60,188 nucleotides of DNA from a virus (Duplodnaviria; Caudoviricetes), in IMG/VR virus record IMGVR_UViG_3300025108_000004, positions 1-60,188 of that record. One strand, given 5' to 3'. The stretch's first letter is position 1. Each line of letters opens with the position of its first letter. Positions 58,232 to 60,188 of the stretch are shown piece after piece. The position numbers and the translations under genes were made by a program. Under the pieces are notes generated by a model. The model was not told where the DNA came from. It saw nothing but the letters and a program-made list of their open reading frames with translations, and searched no databases.

Positions 58232-60188
58232 TAATCATCTCCAATTAGTCGTAACAACTTATCAGTTGTATCCTCAACTTGTCCACCTTCTGCGTACCCT
58301 TGAGCAATATCTGACAGGATATTAATTGTCTCATCAATTAGGTCAGTATCTAAGTCTATAAGACCACCTTCCTCGAACTGCCTTTCACCAAAAGGAGACA
58401 AGAACTGTGCTTCCTGCTCAGGGTTTGCAAAGATACTTGCAAAATCGTACAGGTAATCGATATCGGCAAGGTTGCCAGTAGGCTTTATATCTACTCGTTG
58501 TAACCCTATTTGAGGGCCAAATCCGAAGCCTCTGCCATCTCCATCTCCATCTCCGTCACCATCTCCATCTCCATCTCCGTCACCGTCACCGTCGCCATCT
58601 CCGTCGCCGTCTCCAGTGCCAGTCCCATCACCATCATCCCCGTCGCCACCAGAACCGTCACCGCCAGTATCACCAACGCCATCACCATCAGTACCATCTC
58701 CATCTCCAGCACCTCCATCGCCAACACCGGTTCCATCTCCGTCGTCACCAACATCATCGCCAGTACCATCGCCAGTACCATCGCCAGTGTCGTCGCCGTC
58801 TCCAGTACCATCTCCAGTACCATCTCCAGCACCGTCATCCGCATCGTCTACAGGATCTGTGTCATCTACAGGATCTGTGTCATCTACTGGATCTGTATCG
58901 TCTACTGGATCTGTATCGTCTACTGGATCTGTATCGTCTACTGGATCTGTGTCATCTACAGGATCTGTGTCATCTACAGGATCTGTGTCATCTACAGGAT
59001 CTGTGTCATCTACAGGATCTGTGTCATCTACAGGATCTGTATCGTCTACTGGATCTGTATCGTCTACTGGATCTGTATCGTCTACTGGATCTGTATCGTC
59101 TACTGGATCTGTATCGTCTACTGGATCTGTATCGTCTACTGGATCTGTATCGTCTACTGGATCAACCGGAGGTTCTGGTTCAGGTTCTACCGGAGGTTCT
59201 GGTTCAGGTTCTACCGGAGGTTCTGGTTCAGGTTCTACCGGAGGTTCTGGTTCAGGTTCTACCGGAGGTTCTGGTTCAGGTTCTACCGGAGGTTCTGGTG
59301 CAGGCTCTTCTCTGAAGGGATCTTCAGATTCAATATCTGCTTCATAGGCATCGACAATTTCGCCCGTTTCAATGTTACGCACCTGCCATATTGGTAGATA
59401 CCCACCCAGCATACGGAACGCGACTACTTCCCACTCAGGATTTAGCTCTTCAAAAAGCTCTTCCCTAGTAGGTGGTGCTGGCTCAGGTTCTGGCTCAGGC
59501 GGAGGTTCAGGCACCTCTTCCTCTTCGTCGTCCTCATCCGGCTCAGGCTCAGGCTCAGGTTCTGGCTCTGGCTCGGGTTCGGGCGGAGGCTCTTCCTCTT
59601 CCTCATCATCTTCATCCGGCTCTGGCTCTGGTTCTGGTTCTGGCTCAGGCGGAGGTTCTTCCTCTTCGTCGTCCTCATCAGGTTCAGGTTCAGGTTCTGG
59701 CTCTGGTTCTGGTTCTGGCTCAGACTCTTCCTCATCATCTTCATCCGGCTCTGGCTCTGGTTCTGGTTCTGGCTCAGGCTCAGGCTCAGGTTCAGGCTCA
59801 GGCTCAGGTTCTGGCTCAGGTTCAGGTTCTGGCTCAGGCTCTGGTTCAGGCTCAGGTTCTGGCTCGGGTTCTGGTTCAGGTTCAGGTTCTGGCTCAGGCT
59901 CAGGTTCTGGCTCAGGCTCTGGTTCAGGCTCAGGTTCAGGCTCAGGTTCTGGTTCAGGTTCTGGCTCAGGTTCAGGTTCTGGTTCAGGTTCTGGTTCTGG
60001 TTCTGGTTCAGGTTCGGGTTCTGGCTCAGGTTCGGGTTCTGGCTCAGGTTGTGGCTGAGGTTCAGGTTCGGGTTCTGGCTCAGGTTGTGGCTGAGGTTCA
60101 GGTTCGGGTTCTGGCTCAGGTTGTGGCTGAGGTTCAGGTTCGGGTTCTGGCTCAGGTTGTGGCTGAGGTTCAGGTTCGGGTTCTGGCT
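58231..60188 (-). CDS. 3' part of the giant low-complexity protein, entering from the right edge
   Basis: The frame of track ORF 58231..59514 stays open to 60188 reading (PE)n; [14 protein letters not shown] and GD repeats; C-terminus carries FEEGG and YAEGG. Confidence 0.85.
   Translation of the reverse strand, partial: PEPEPEPQPQPEPEPEPEPQPQPEPEPEPEPQPQPEPEPEPEPQPQPEPEPEPEPEPEPEPEPEPEPEPEPEPEPEPEPEPEPEPEPEPEPEPEPEPEPEPEPEPEPEPEPEPEPEPEPEPEPEPEPEPEPEPEPEPEPEPEPEPEPDEDDEEESEPEPEPEPEPEPEPDEDDEEEEPPPEPEPEPEPEPDEDDEEEEEPPPEPEPEPEPEPEPEPDEDDEEEEVPEPPPEPEPEPAPPTREELFEELNPEWEVVAFRMLGGYLPIWQVRNIETGEIVDAYEADIESEDPFREEPAPEPPVEPEPEPPVEPEPEPPVEPEPEPPVEPEPEPPVEPEPEPPVDPVDDTDPVDDTDPVDDTDPVDDTDPVDDTDPVDDTDPVDDTDPVDDTDPVDDTDPVDDTDPVDDTDPVDDTDPVDDTDPVDDTDPVDDTDPVDDTDPVDDTDPVDDADDGAGDGTGDGTGDGDDTGDGTGDGTGDDVGDDGDGTGVGDGGAGDGDGTDGDGVGDTGGDGSGGDGDDGDGTGTGDGDGDGDGDGDGDGDGDGDGDGDGDGRGFGFGPQIGLQRVDIKPTGNLADIDYLYDFASIFANPEQEAQFLSPFGERQFEEGGLIDLDTDLIDETINILSDIAQGYAEGGQVEDTTDKLLRLIGDD
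58840..59300. repeat. Coding tandem repeats: ~18 x 18 bp (PVDDTD) and ~6 x 24 bp (PEPPVEPE)
   Basis: Read directly; two alternating synonymous 18-bp variants. Confidence 0.95.
59480..60188. repeat. Pro-Glu hexamer tract ending in 4.25 copies of the 36-bp unit
   Basis: GGTTCA/GGCTCA/GGTTCT/GGCTCT hexamers; 36-bp units from 60036. Confidence 0.95.

Noticed and set aside
58510-60058. Plus-strand (GS)n, Ser/Thr-rich and WICIVY-repeat ORFs
   Set aside because: Reverse-frame readings of the PE, PVDDTD and GD repeats.
60072-60188. True terminal direct repeat of the virion DNA
   Set aside because: The 117-bp end identity lies within a coding tandem repeat and is better explained by an assembly break.

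Overview
The window looks like a near-complete ~60 kb tailed dsDNA phage genome with podovirus-type morphogenesis genes, probably from an aquatic proteobacterial host (inference). Bases 1-117 are identical to bases 60072-60188, but the overlap lies inside a 36-bp tandem repeat, so circularity is likely, not proven. Two transcription arms diverge at ~29.4-29.8 kb and converge at ~47.35 kb. The minus-strand arm carries TerS, TerL, portal, GroES, scaffold, major capsid, small Lys-rich proteins, adaptors, a modular tail fibre, lysis genes and a tail nozzle. It continues across the contig junction through a ~2,060-aa low-complexity protein that the ORF track mostly misses, then further putative ejection proteins including a 2,242-aa protein. 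The plus-strand arm carries an early region (DUF3150-like, MoxR AAA+, HExxH/vWA) and a replication module (Leu762-type PolA, PD-(D/E)xK nuclease, SNF2 helicase, SSB, primase-DUF927). The most striking unexplained structure is regulatory. Eight copies of an 18-bp palindrome (GGTAGTCC-RY-GGACTACC) punctuate the early region. A ~110-nt intergenic stretch at 47.24-47.35 kb is antisense (13/13, 12/12 and 11 nt with one G:U) to the ribosome-binding sites of the three consecutive DUF3150/MoxR/vWA genes 14-16 kb away, making it a candidate trans-acting small RNA. Other leads are an iteron-like array with an IHF consensus site, a shared [FYM]xxGG peptide motif across virion-module proteins, and exact DNA repeats at tail-fibre module junctions. 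All product names come from motif recognition and gene order, not database searches.
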